The notes under the pieces: generated by a model
Told to the model about the DNA's origin: nothing
Seen by the model: the letters and a program-made list of their open reading frames with translations, nothing else
The model's database searches: none
Made by a program: the position numbers and the translations under genes
Source of the DNA: a virus
IMG/VR virus record: IMGVR_UViG_3300021437_000013
Span: 13,825-77,824 of that record
Length of the DNA: 64,000 bases
Strand: one strand, 5' to 3'
Part shown: positions 9,046 through 19,237 of the stretch, piece by piece
How the letters are laid out: each line of letters opens with the position of its first letter
Position numbering within the stretch: the first letter of the stretch is position 1

Positions 9046-9918
9046 ATGGATAAATTAAATGCCGCTACAGTCTCAAAGAAGTTTATGGATGAACTTACTT
9101 CGAGAATTAAAAATGGTGAACCTATTGATAGTATGTTATCTCAATATAGCCCCACAGCTATAAGAGACATTCTTGAGGAAGCTCAAGGTGTTGCAGCAGG
9201 TAACAAGAACCCATTAGATTTATTTGAGAAACCAGAACTTATTAAAAGTGTTCCCGTAAATGAAATACCTAATTTAGCAGACCATGGGGAAGCTTACTTT
9301 TATAAGAATGGAGCGCCTGCGAAAATCAATGTAAGAAACTTGGATGATAAAGGAACTCTTATTCATGAATTGCAACACGCTTATGATGCAGCAAGTCAAC
9401 CTAGCATCCGTGTACCTACTGATATTTCAGATAACCCATCATTAAAAGCATTACAACAGTTGAAATCAGAACTTGATATTAACCGTCCAATTAAAAGTGT
9501 GTCAGACTTAAAAGGTCTTGAGGAAACAACTCAATTCTTATCTAACCACTTTAAGCCAGATGTTGTAGAGGGTACGAGCCGTCTTAAGCAGTTAATCAAC
9601 CTTGAAAGGATTATGAAGGGTGAACCCCTTAAGTCTATAGCAGCAATTGCCGCACCAGTAGCTAAAGGATTAGGATTAGCTGGAGCAGGTCTTGCAGCAG
9701 CTTCAATTGGTAATAAAGCAATGGCCGGAGATTACTCAGGCGCAGCCACTGACGCAGTTGATTTAGGTACAGACCTTACACCCGGCGTCTCAGAGGCTAA
9801 AATGGCTTTAATGCCGTCTGATATTGGAAGTGATGAATCTATAGAAGACCCTAGTTCTGATGCGTTTAAACGGCGATTAGATGCCTTAAACAAGCTCCGT
9901 AATCAAGGAAGTAACTAA
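9046..9918 (+). CDS. virion-associated protein with zincin HEXXH motif
   Basis: GTLIHELQHAYD; Gly/Ala-rich amphipathic C-terminal half. Confidence 0.65.
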   Translation: MDKLNAATVSKKFMDELTSRIKNGEPIDSMLSQYSPTAIRDILEEAQGVAAGNKNPLDLFEKPELIKSVPVNEIPNLADHGEAYFYKNGAPAKINVRNLDDKGTLIHELQHAYDAASQPSIRVPTDISDNPSLKALQQLKSELDINRPIKSVSDLKGLEETTQFLSNHFKPDVVEGTSRLKQLINLERIMKGEPLKSIAAIAAPVAKGLGLAGAGLAAASIGNKAMAGDYSGAATDAVDLGTDLTPGVSEAKMALMPSDIGSDESIEDPSSDAFKRRLDALNKLRNQGSN

Positions 9919-10418
9919 TGTCAACATTACCAAGTAAATTAGACCAAGCACAAGTCTTACAACATGTATTCGATGAGGATTTAAAGTCTCTTCGAGTCGC
10001 TTCATCTGCAACAATAGTTCCGGGTTCGTTTGACGTGGCATTAAGTGCCGCAGATGATACTATTGCCATAGCGGATGCCACAAGCGGAGCTAAAGCAGGT
10101 GTAACAAGCTCTAATGAACTCAAAGTGCTTGATATTAATTCAGTATTACCTACCACACCAACTATCTACAATGCAGTAAACTTAACGGCCAATACAGAAT
10201 ATAGCTATAATTACCCAGCAAACACTAAAAAGGTTTATATTAAAGCTCGTAAAGGCATCTTAAAGGTAGCTTATGTTGTTAATGGTACTATCTCAACCAA
10301 TAATATCTTAGTTGCTAAAGGTGCAAGTTATTGTATTGAGGGAATTAAGACCTCTGCTACGGTATATTTCTCATCTTCTTTTACTACTGACACGGTAGAA
10401 ATCGAAACTTGGGCTTAA
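9918..10418 (+). CDS. structural protein (fibre cassette)
   Basis: TAATG coupling; beta-rich C-terminal domain. Confidence 0.7.
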   Translation: MSTLPSKLDQAQVLQHVFDEDLKSLRVASSATIVPGSFDVALSAADDTIAIADATSGAKAGVTSSNELKVLDINSVLPTTPTIYNAVNLTANTEYSYNYPANTKKVYIKARKGILKVAYVVNGTISTNNILVAKGASYCIEGIKTSATVYFSSSFTTDTVEIETWA

Positions 10419-10428
10419 AATCCACCCT

Positions 10429-10437
10429 TAACAACTA
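10429..10437 (+). promoter_or_regulatory. TAACAACTA putative late promoter (leaderless transcript)
   Basis: ATG of 10443 lies 5 nt downstream; no RBS. Confidence 0.72.
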
Positions 10438-10442
10438 ATAGA

Positions 10443-10823
10443 ATGGGAACTTCTAAAGAAAAACTTACATTTGACAATACTGATGCAAGTAATAGTGATA
10501 CCGTTGGGGCAACTATTATTGGTGCTGATGGTAATATCATTACTGACACGGTAGTTGGCCTTAAAAAAGGGTTAGATGTTAATGTTATCAGTGACATAAA
10601 CGTCACAACAAGTGCAACACCAGAAGAATTAAGCTACATTGACCAATATAGTGATACAGTTTTCTACTTTGGTTATGCCGCTATAGGCTCAGTAACCTCT
10701 GGTGCAGTATGGAAAATCACAAGATTAACCATTTCTGGAACTATAGTAAAAACTGAGTATGCCGCCGGAGTCTCGACGTACACCCAAGTATGGGATAATA
10801 GAACAAGTTTAAGTTATTCATAA
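10443..10823 (+). CDS. structural protein (fibre-associated)
   Basis: YFGYA...AVWKI.R...WDNR.SL.Y pattern seen in phage fibre-region proteins. Confidence 0.7.
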   Translation: MGTSKEKLTFDNTDASNSDTVGATIIGADGNIITDTVVGLKKGLDVNVISDINVTTSATPEELSYIDQYSDTVFYFGYAAIGSVTSGAVWKITRLTISGTIVKTEYAAGVSTYTQVWDNRTSLSYS

Positions 10824-10831
10824 GGATAAAT

Positions 10832-13800
10832 ATGTCAGATTTAAAATTAGTTAAGCTATTAAATCCAGCGGTAGTTGTAAACTCTAACGTTAAACCAACC
10901 GGTGCTTATTCTGCCATAGTAAATTATGGTATTGGTGATTCAGTAAGTTATACTAACGGTAATTCTTATATTTGTATTTCCCCAATCTCTGGGGTAGTAC
11001 CAACAAACACAACCTATTGGCAGTTATTAGCTCAACAAGGGGCTACGGGTGCAACTGGTGCTACGGGAGCCACAGGCGCAACTGGTTCTACTGGCGCAAC
11101 TGGTTCAGCTGCTACTATCGCAGTAGGTACAACAACTACAGGTTCACCGGGTACTTCTGCAAGTGTAACTAACTCAGGTTCTTCAAGTGCCGCTACTTTC
11201 AATTTTACCATCCCTAGGGGCGATGTTGGGGCAACGGGAGCAGCCGGAGCGGCCGCCACAGTAGCAGTGGGAACAACAACCACGGGAGCAGCTGGAACAA
11301 GTGCATCAGTTACCAATTCTGGTTCATCTTCCGCAGCTACATTTAACTTTACAATCCCAAGAGGTGACACTGGAGCAACGGGAGCTACTGGAGCAACAGG
11401 AGCAACAGGAACCGCAGCAACAATTGCAGTAGGAACAGTAACAACTGGTGCAGCAGGTTCAAGTGCTAGTATAACTAACTCAGGTTCATCATCAGCGGCA
11501 ACATTTAACTTTACGATTCCTCGTGGTGACCCCGGTTCAAACACTCCAACGGATGCAGTATTTGCCGTTTTAGATGTTACTGACAATACAAAACAAGTAA
11601 AATTTGATGTAGCTGGAACTACAGGAACAACAACTACCATCTTAAGTTCACAAACTACAAATAAAACTATCACTTTACCTGATGCCACTGACACATTAGT
11701 CGGTAAAGCTACAACAGATACATTAACCAATAAAACTTTAACTTCACCAGTTATAAACTCTCCAACTGGAATAACTAAATCCGATGTTGGTCTTAGTAAT
11801 GTTGACAATACTTCTGACGCTACAAAGAACAGTGCTACGGCCACACTCACTAATAAGACTTTAACCTCTCCAATCATAAGTACAATCAGTAACACGGGCA
11901 CTTTAACGCTCCCAACAAGTACGGATACGCTCGTCGGACGTGCAACTACTGATACACTGACAAACAAAACCCTTACTTCTCCTGTAATTAATTCACCTAC
12001 GGGTATTACAAAATCCGACGTAGGACTTTCAAATGTAGACAACACCAGTGACGCAACAAAGAACGCTACAACTGCTACGTTTACAAACAAATCTCTATCC
12101 GATTCTACTACGGCAATCGTTGATGTTACTGATGCAACAAAACAAATCAAGTTTGATGCAGCAGGTACTACCGCAACAGCTACAACTATCCTTTCGTCTC
12201 AAACAGTTAATAGAACTATTACCCTCCCAGATGCTACAGATACACTTGTGGGTAAAGCAACTACGGATACATTAACTAACAAGACTCTAACAAGTCCAGT
12301 AATCAATACTCCAACTGGTATTACTAAGTCAGACGTGGGATTATCTAACGTCGACAACACGTCAGATGCGACAAAGAATGCAGCAACTGCAACATTAACT
12401 AACAAAACACTTGATACAGCAACAAACACAATCACTGGATTAGCCAATACAAACATTAGTACATCTGCCGCTATAGCTCACTCTAAAATGGCAGCATTAA
12501 CCGCTTCAAAAGTGGCAGTTACTGACGCATCAGGCTTTATTACTACAGCTACACCATCAACAACTGAAATAAATTATGTAGCAGGTGTTACAAGTGCAAT
12601 CCAAACACAAATAGATACTAAGGCTCCAATAGCTTCACCAACATTCACAGGTGTTCCAGCAGCTCCAACGGCTACCGCAGGAACAAATACAACACAAATT
12701 GCAACAACGGCATTTGTTACTTCCGCAGTTGCAGGGGCTACAGCTGGAGTTTCATCCTTTAATACAAGAACGGGCGCAGTAACATCGGCTAACGGTGATT
12801 ACACGGCTACACAAATCACAAATACCCCATCAGGTAACATAACATCAACTACGGTTCAAGCGGCAATCAATGAAGCTCAGACGCACATTGATACTCACGT
12901 TGCAGGTACAGCAGTACATGGGGCAACTGGTGCGGTAATGGGTACAACTAATACCCAAACTGTAACAAATAAGACATTCTTAGATACAACTACTATCATT
13001 GCAGATGTAACAGATAATACAAAACAGATTAAATTTGATGCTGCTGGTACTACTGCAACAAGTACAACAATATTATCATCTCAAACTACAAATAAAACTT
13101 TAACTTTACCAGATATTACGGATACTTTAGTTACAAAAACAAGTACGGATACATTAACTAATAAGACGTTGACCACTCCCATCATTTCTTCTATCTCAAA
13201 CACAGGTACATTGACTTTACCAACGTCAACTGATACATTAATAGGTAGGGCAACTACTGATATACTTACTAATAAATCATTAAGTGATACAACTACCGCA
13301 ATAGTGGATGTTACTGATAACACTAAGCAGATTAAATTTGATGCCGCAGGTACAACGGCAACATCAACTACAATCACGGGCTCTCAAACGGCTAATAGAG
13401 TGCTTACATTACCAGATGCAACTGATACATTGGTTGGTAAAGCTACAACGGATACATTAACAAACAAAACCCTTACTTCTCCAGTTATTTCAACTATAGT
13501 TAATACGGGAACTTTAACTTTACCTACAATTACGGATACTTTAGTAGGTAGAACCACTACAGACACGTTAACTAATAAAACATTAACTTCACCAGTCATT
13601 AGTACAATAGTAAATACTGGTACTTTGACACTTCCTACAGCTACAACTACACTAGTTGGTACTACAACTACAGATACACTAACAAATAAAACACTTACGT
13701 CACCAGTAATATCGACAATTGTAAATACTGGTACGCTTACATTACCTACGTCAACAGATACATTAGTAGGTCGTGCTACAACTGATACATTAACGAATAA

Positions 13801-15064
13801 AACTTTAACATCTCCCGTTATTGGAACAATAGTAAACACTGGTACATTAACTTTACCAACGTCAACCGATACACTTGTTGGCCGTGCAACTACTGATACA
13901 CTTACTAACAAGTCTTTATCTGATACTACTACTTCTATAGTAAACGTAACAGATGCTACTAAGAAAATCTTATTCAGTTCGGTTGGTACTACTGCAACTA
14001 CAACAACAATTACAGCTTCACAAACAGCAAACAGAGTTATAACGCTCCCAGATGCCACTACAACGCTTGATGGTATCAATAACGTAGCTACTCTTACTAA
14101 CAAAACTCTTACTGCTCCCGTTATAGCTACAATTGTAAACACAGGTACTTTGACATTACCAACTATTACAGATACATTAGTCGGAAGAACAACAACCGAC
14201 ACACTTACAAACAAAACTTTAACATCACCAGTAATAAGTACCATTGTCAATACGGGAACTTTAACCCTCCCAACATCTACTGATACGTTAATTGGTAGAG
14301 CTACAACGGATACATTAACAAATAAGTCATTTTCAGATACAACTACTGCGGTAGTAGATGTAACTGATCCAACTAAGAAGATATTATTCGATGCTGCAGG
14401 TACTACGGGAACCACTACAACGCTACAAGCGGCTCAAACTGCTAACAGAGTCGTAACCTACCCAGATGCAACGGATACAATCGTAGCAAGAGCCACTACA
14501 GATACGTTAACTAATAAAACTATTTCAGGATTGTCAAATACAATCAATAATATTTCATTAACTACATCCGTTACAGGTGCATTACCTATAGCGAATGGTG
14601 GTACTGGACAAACTACAGCAGCAAATGCCTTTTCTGCACTATCTCCAACTACAAACCCGGGGGATATGATTTATGAAGGTGCCGTTGGTGTTGGTGTTAT
14701 AGCATTACCAATAGGTACTACTGGACAAGTCTTAACTGTAGCAGGTGGTTTTCCAACTTGGGCAACTGCAACTGGTGGCGGCGGTACTGGCACAGCGGTA
14801 TACAAAGTAATCCAATCTGTAGATTTTGGAGCTAATGACAATGATTATGTAACGGCCACAATATCCAATGCTAATGTATTATCCACTCATACCTTTTCGT
14901 TTAGTGTTGAACGTGATCCTTTAGACGGGGATTATGAGGACGCAATACTTGAAACTATCCACGTTTCAAAGGGAGCAGTAGTAAATAATACAAGTTTTGA
15001 TATCCATGTTCATGCACCAGAGATGACTTGGGGTAGATATAATATTCATTGCACGTTTCTATAA
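10832..15064 (+). CDS. long fibre protein 1 (collagen-like and TDTLTNKTLT repeats)
   Basis: N-terminal CBM5/12-like Y..GD.V.Y...SY.C...YW motif, GAT triplet repeats, many Thr-rich shaft repeats. Confidence 0.85.
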   Translation: MSDLKLVKLLNPAVVVNSNVKPTGAYSAIVNYGIGDSVSYTNGNSYICISPISGVVPTNTTYWQLLAQQGATGATGATGATGATGSTGATGSAATIAVGTTTTGSPGTSASVTNSGSSSAATFNFTIPRGDVGATGAAGAAATVAVGTTTTGAAGTSASVTNSGSSSAATFNFTIPRGDTGATGATGATGATGTAATIAVGTVTTGAAGSSASITNSGSSSAATFNFTIPRGDPGSNTPTDAVFAVLDVTDNTKQVKFDVAGTTGTTTTILSSQTTNKTITLPDATDTLVGKATTDTLTNKTLTSPVINSPTGITKSDVGLSNVDNTSDATKNSATATLTNKTLTSPIISTISNTGTLTLPTSTDTLVGRATTDTLTNKTLTSPVINSPTGITKSDVGLSNVDNTSDATKNATTATFTNKSLSDSTTAIVDVTDATKQIKFDAAGTTATATTILSSQTVNRTITLPDATDTLVGKATTDTLTNKTLTSPVINTPTGITKSDVGLSNVDNTSDATKNAATATLTNKTLDTATNTITGLANTNISTSAAIAHSKMAALTASKVAVTDASGFITTATPSTTEINYVAGVTSAIQTQIDTKAPIASPTFTGVPAAPTATAGTNTTQIATTAFVTSAVAGATAGVSSFNTRTGAVTSANGDYTATQITNTPSGNITSTTVQAAINEAQTHIDTHVAGTAVHGATGAVMGTTNTQTVTNKTFLDTTTIIADVTDNTKQIKFDAAGTTATSTTILSSQTTNKTLTLPDITDTLVTKTSTDTLTNKTLTTPIISSISNTGTLTLPTSTDTLIGRATTDILTNKSLSDTTTAIVDVTDNTKQIKFDAAGTTATSTTITGSQTANRVLTLPDATDTLVGKATTDTLTNKTLTSPVISTIVNTGTLTLPTITDTLVGRTTTDTLTNKTLTSPVISTIVNTGTLTLPTATTTLVGTTTTDTLTNKTLTSPVISTIVNTGTLTLPTSTDTLVGRATTDTLTNKTLTSPVIGTIVNTGTLTLPTSTDTLVGRATTDTLTNKSLSDTTTSIVNVTDATKKILFSSVGTTATTTTITASQTANRVITLPDATTTLDGINNVATLTNKTLTAPVIATIVNTGTLTLPTITDTLVGRTTTDTLTNKTLTSPVISTIVNTGTLTLPTSTDTLIGRATTDTLTNKSFSDTTTAVVDVTDPTKKILFDAAGTTGTTTTLQAAQTANRVVTYPDATDTIVARATTDTLTNKTISGLSNTINNISLTTSVTGALPIANGGTGQTTAANAFSALSPTTNPGDMIYEGAVGVGVIALPIGTTGQVLTVAGGFPTWATATGGGGTGTAVYKVIQSVDFGANDNDYVTATISNANVLSTHTFSFSVERDPLDGDYEDAILETIHVSKGAVVNNTSFDIHVHAPEMTWGRYNIHCTFL

Positions 15065-15065
15065 A

Positions 15066-15074
15066 TAACAACTA
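15066..15074 (+). promoter_or_regulatory. TAACAACTA putative late promoter
   Basis: Exact motif before AAGGAG RBS of 15100. Confidence 0.72.
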
Positions 15075-15099
15075 AGAGTATAAATAAGGAGATAATAAT

Positions 15100-16530
15100 A
15101 TGTCAATTAAAATTAAAGGTACAGCGAATACCGCAGAAGTAGACTCGTTTAGTCAGTTACAAGTAAATCTTCCCCTAACAGAAGCTAATGAGGGGTATGT
15201 ATCATGCTCAGTTACCAATGATGATGGTACTATTACTGGTGCAAGATATGTAAAATCAATGGAAGTATCTGATGACTTTAGATTACAAGTTGGTTCATCG
15301 TCAATGATATTCGATTCTAACTTTCCCGGTTCAGCAATCAATACTACTATTTGGCAAACTTCACTTACTACAATGACTAACACTGTAACTAATGGTTTTT
15401 CAGTATTAAATGCCGGTGCTTCGGTTGCATCTGGTGCTATCGCTTTACAACGTACTTATAGACACTTTCCAGTATTTAAACAGGCAACAATGCGTGTTGA
15501 AATGGAATGTCAATTTGCTCAGTTACCACAAGCAAACAACGTAACGGAATGGGGTATGGGAATTGCCGCCGCCGCCGCCGCCGCCCCAACCGATGGAGCA
15601 TTTTTCAGATTAACTTCTGCAGCCACTTTTGTTTGTGTTCTTAACTATAATGGTACGGAAACAGTTTCATCTACTTTTAACTTTTCAACTCTAGTAGGTA
15701 CTAACATATCTCGTTCATTTTTAATTTATATTAACGCAGAGGCCGTAAGTTTTTGGATTGAAAACGTCTTAATTGCAGAAATCAATATTCCAGCAGGTCA
15801 GGCAGCTCCAACATCATCACAAAACTTACCATTATTTTTCCGTACATATAACTCTGCAGCTACAACATTAGCACAGATTATTAAAGTTGGTAACTGTTCA
15901 ATTCAGAAATCAGACTTTGATACAAATAAACCGTGGGGATATACAATTTCAGGTATTAGCGGTCATGCTACTCAAGGACAAACTGGCGGTACTCTAGGTT
16001 CTACTGCAATTTATACTAACGCCGCCGCAGCAGCCGCCGCAGCTTTAACAAACACAACTGCAGCAGCAGCAAATACCGGTTTAGGTGGTATTATTAACGT
16101 AATTCCATCTTTGGCAGTAGGTACTGACGGTATTTTATGTTCTTACCAAGTACCCTTGGGTACTGCTACACTTCCGGGTAAATCTTTATATATTACTGGG
16201 GTATCAATAGACGGCGCAGTAACTGCTGCTTTAACTGGAGGACCCGGCCCAATTGCACATTCTATAGCATATGGACATACTGCAGTATCTCTTGCTACAA
16301 CTGAATCAGCAACAACAAAAGCACCAAGACGTGTACCAATAGGTATGCAAACTTTCCCGGTTACTGCTGCAATAGGTACTTTAGGAGTTAGATTACAAGA
16401 TGACTATACATCAGCTCCAATATACGTTCAACCGGGTGAATTTATACAAATAACATGGAGACAGTTAGGAACTGCGTTTACAGCTGGAACGATTACCTAT
16501 GTAGTAACTTTAACTGGGTTTTGGGAATAA
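15100..16530 (+). CDS. structural / receptor-binding-like beta-sandwich protein
   Basis: 476 aa, Thr/Ala/Gly-rich with lectin-like beta pattern; strong RBS. Confidence 0.7.
   Translation: MSIKIKGTANTAEVDSFSQLQVNLPLTEANEGYVSCSVTNDDGTITGARYVKSMEVSDDFRLQVGSSSMIFDSNFPGSAINTTIWQTSLTTMTNTVTNGFSVLNAGASVASGAIALQRTYRHFPVFKQATMRVEMECQFAQLPQANNVTEWGMGIAAAAAAAPTDGAFFRLTSAATFVCVLNYNGTETVSSTFNFSTLVGTNISRSFLIYINAEAVSFWIENVLIAEINIPAGQAAPTSSQNLPLFFRTYNSAATTLAQIIKVGNCSIQKSDFDTNKPWGYTISGISGHATQGQTGGTLGSTAIYTNAAAAAAAALTNTTAAAANTGLGGIINVIPSLAVGTDGILCSYQVPLGTATLPGKSLYITGVSIDGAVTAALTGGPGPIAHSIAYGHTAVSLATTESATTKAPRRVPIGMQTFPVTAAIGTLGVRLQDDYTSAPIYVQPGEFIQITWRQLGTAFTAGTITYVVTLTGFWE
15565..15585 (+). repeat. (GCC)7 microsatellite encoding poly-Ala
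   Basis: Perfect 21-bp triplet run. Confidence 0.9.
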
Positions 16531-16535
16531 AATAT

Positions 16536-17147
16536 ATGTCAGTAGTAAACACTTCTTTTAGTAACATAAAGAACTTAATAACTCAAAAAAATTTATTAGT
16601 TCAGTATGTTCAAAATTTAGACCAATATCATGTTCGTATATTTGATGGATTATTCATCCTTTCTTGTGATATAGCGATAAGTGCAGATAACCCAGAATGT
16701 GTTGATTTTGAAACTAACTACAAGGCTTCTGCTAATAAGTCATTATACCAATTAGGACAACAACCATTTGCATCTAAGCAGATTGGTAGCAAGAAACTTT
16801 ATAAGCGTGTCCATGGGGTTAAAAATGACCTTATACAAGGTGATAATGTGATAGTGTTTACTATCCCCTACGCATGGGCTAAAATAAATGGAATAGAGCT
16901 TGTCGGAGGTGAAAACCTTGATGCGGTATCTCTGGCCGTATTAGATTCAGCTACAGGAGCATACTCTACAATACCAAACTTACAGTTAAATCAATTTGGA
17001 TTCCAGATTAACGTTAGTAAAGATTACTATCAGTTTAAAAGTGAATTTGATGCTGATTTATATCTTGGTATGCAGGTTAAGATTACATATACGTCCTTAA
17101 GTGCTAAGAATATCGGTATAAACTTTATACTAAATGAGTTAAAATGA
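16536..17147 (+). CDS. structural protein (fibre cassette)
   Basis: Start re-assigned to MSVVN after the stop of the previous gene. Confidence 0.7.
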   Translation: MSVVNTSFSNIKNLITQKNLLVQYVQNLDQYHVRIFDGLFILSCDIAISADNPECVDFETNYKASANKSLYQLGQQPFASKQIGSKKLYKRVHGVKNDLIQGDNVIVFTIPYAWAKINGIELVGGENLDAVSLAVLDSATGAYSTIPNLQLNQFGFQINVSKDYYQFKSEFDADLYLGMQVKITYTSLSAKNIGINFILNELK

Positions 17148-17572
17148 TTATTGCAACATCAAAACCTAACAAATTTAAGATTGGTGCTTGGCTTATAACT
17201 GTCTATCAAAAGACGACATATAGCCATGTTCTAATTATAGACAAAGATTTAGTATTCCAAGCAAGTCATGGGATGGTAAATTGTATGTATATAGATAATT
17301 TCTTAGCAGATAATACCATCATTGATAAGTTTGAGGTTCCTGACAGTGCTGTTGATATGGAATTTGTTAAGAAGAAACTTGGTATAGGATACAGCTACAA
17401 AGAAATATTCGCTCTGGCCGTGAAGTTTGTAACAGGTATTAAACTGTTTAGTAATCATTCAGACCCTAAGTTTATATGCTCAGAGTTTGTCGGAGATGCT
17501 TTGCATATCGGTTGGTGTAATGACTACACGACACCAAAAGAAATAGCTACATATTTAAGGAGTTTAAAATGA
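17144..17572 (+). CDS. permuted papain-like (NlpC/P60, YiiX/YebB-type) enzyme
   Basis: N-terminal YSHV (His) and C-terminal FICSE (Cys), central G.Y motif. Confidence 0.75.
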   Translation: MIIATSKPNKFKIGAWLITVYQKTTYSHVLIIDKDLVFQASHGMVNCMYIDNFLADNTIIDKFEVPDSAVDMEFVKKKLGIGYSYKEIFALAVKFVTGIKLFSNHSDPKFICSEFVGDALHIGWCNDYTTPKEIATYLRSLK

Positions 17573-17868
17573 ATAATTTAATTGCTTGGTTTAAAAATAA
17601 GATGCAGGAGTATAATCAATCTGGTATTCCTATTATATTAATCAAAGATAATGCTACTGGTAAAGGTTCAGTATCTTTAACGCTATTATTTATCTCTTCT
17701 ATATACGTTCAAGTAAGCTTATTAAACAAGTATACTGGTACAGGTAAAGGGGTAGACCCTGCCAATGCTTTTGAATGGTTTTTAGCAACGAGTGGATTAT
17801 ATTTTGGAAGAAGTTTGTCAAAAAAGGTTCAAAGTATCCCAGAACAGAACAAACCAGAGGATAAGTAA
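17569..17868 (+). CDS. small membrane protein, holin-like
   Basis: Two hydrophobic segments, GLYFGR, charged C-terminus. Confidence 0.6.
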   Translation: MNNLIAWFKNKMQEYNQSGIPIILIKDNATGKGSVSLTLLFISSIYVQVSLLNKYTGTGKGVDPANAFEWFLATSGLYFGRSLSKKVQSIPEQNKPEDK

Positions 17869-18026
17869 TGGCTCGTTTTATTGCAAAACTACCAAATACC
17901 CCTAAAGATGTGGCTAGAAAGCAAGCAATTCACACCACAAAACACTTAAAACGCTTCAAAATAGCGTTTATAATCAGTATTTTACTTAATATTGGGTTAC
18001 TTAGCAAGATTTTTAAGGTTTTTTAA
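17868..18026 (+). CDS. 52-aa membrane-anchored protein (not in ORF track)
   Basis: TAATG coupling, GAGG RBS; MARFIAKLP...IAFIISILLNIGLLSKIFKVF. Confidence 0.6.
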   Translation: MARFIAKLPNTPKDVARKQAIHTTKHLKRFKIAFIISILLNIGLLSKIFKVF

Positions 18027-18032
18027 CAACTA
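18024..18032 (+). promoter_or_regulatory. TAACAACTA putative late promoter for scaffold/capsid
   Basis: Exact motif 85 nt before scaffold ATG. Confidence 0.72.
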
Positions 18033-18116
18033 GAACCGTACCATTGTGTGCATACTCTACCTTTTGGCGAGTAAATGAAACGCTATCCTTAACAGGACGC
18101 AAAAAGAAGGTTTTAA

Positions 18117-19046
18117 ATGGAAAATAGTAATGAAAGTTCTGCCCCAGTAGCAGAAGTAAGTGAGAATGTTGAATCTCCAGTTGATTCTAGCATAGAAAAT
18201 GCAGAGAGTCAACCAGAAGCAGCAAAAGAAGCTGTAATTGAAGCTAAAAAGAGAATTAAGCAATTGAAGCTTAAATTTAATGGTAAGGAATCAGTAGAGG
18301 ATTTACCGTTTGAGATAGATGATGACCCTAAAGCTATTGAATATATGACTAAGCAATTGCAAATGGCAAAGCTTGGACAGTCAAAAGCTCAAGAGTTTAG
18401 TAAGTTGGAATCAGATGTATCTGCTTTCTTAAAAGAGTTAAAGAGTAACCCAAGAAAAGCATTATCTAATCCGGCCATTGGTGTTGATGTTAAGAAATTT
18501 GCAGCTGAGATACTTGAGGAAGAGATTAGACAATCTCAAAAGACTCCAGAGCAGATTAAATTAGAAGAATACGAAGCTGAATTAAAAGCTTTAAAAGAAG
18601 AAAAAGAAAATAACGAGAAGACAGCAAAGCAAAAAGAATATGACAATTTAGTACAACAAGAATATGCAAGACTTGATACACAAATTGCCGCTGCTATTGA
18701 GAAGACAGACCTACCAAGAAGCCCATATGTCGTAAGTAAGATTACTGACTATATGATTATGGCTTTACAAAGTGGTAAGGATGTTCCAGTAGAAAGCATC
18801 GTATCTTTAGCAAAAGAAGAGATACTTGATGATATTAAGCAGATGTTTGGTGCTATGCCCGCAGAAACTATTGAGGCTATTTTAGGTAAAGAAACATTAA
18901 CTAAAGTAAGAAAGAATAAGATAGCGGCCGCAAAGAACCCACCACAACCGCTTAATTCAGCAATTAAAGAAGTTGCTGGTGCAAGCAGAGCGGCTTCAAG
19001 TAAGGCAGAAGAGAAAGTAAGTTTTAGGGATTTCTTTAAGTTATAA
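18117..19046 (+). CDS. capsid scaffolding protein
   Basis: Acidic N-terminus, LKFNG.E motif, coiled coil, immediately before major capsid gene. Confidence 0.8.
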   Translation: MENSNESSAPVAEVSENVESPVDSSIENAESQPEAAKEAVIEAKKRIKQLKLKFNGKESVEDLPFEIDDDPKAIEYMTKQLQMAKLGQSKAQEFSKLESDVSAFLKELKSNPRKALSNPAIGVDVKKFAAEILEEEIRQSQKTPEQIKLEEYEAELKALKEEKENNEKTAKQKEYDNLVQQEYARLDTQIAAAIEKTDLPRSPYVVSKITDYMIMALQSGKDVPVESIVSLAKEEILDDIKQMFGAMPAETIEAILGKETLTKVRKNKIAAAKNPPQPLNSAIKEVAGASRAASSKAEEKVSFRDFFKL

Positions 19047-19237
19047 GTTTTCGATTGTTTTAAGGGTGTTTCGGAGTAGTTTAATGACGTTGCCTATCCA
19101 ATTGGACGGCAAACTATCAAAGAAAGAAAAAGAAATGCAGTATAAAAAACATGAGAGAGTAACAAAGTCCATGCTTAGTGTGGATTAAATAAAAAAATTA
19201 TAGTGTGACTCACTCAAAACGTCAATAGGAGATATTT
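19047..19237 (+). promoter_or_regulatory. structured 5' leader of major capsid gene
   Basis: Hairpin GCCTATCCAATTGGACGGC (19092-19110); TGACGTT 19085-19091 complements AACGTCA 19218-19224 beside the RBS. Confidence 0.5.
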
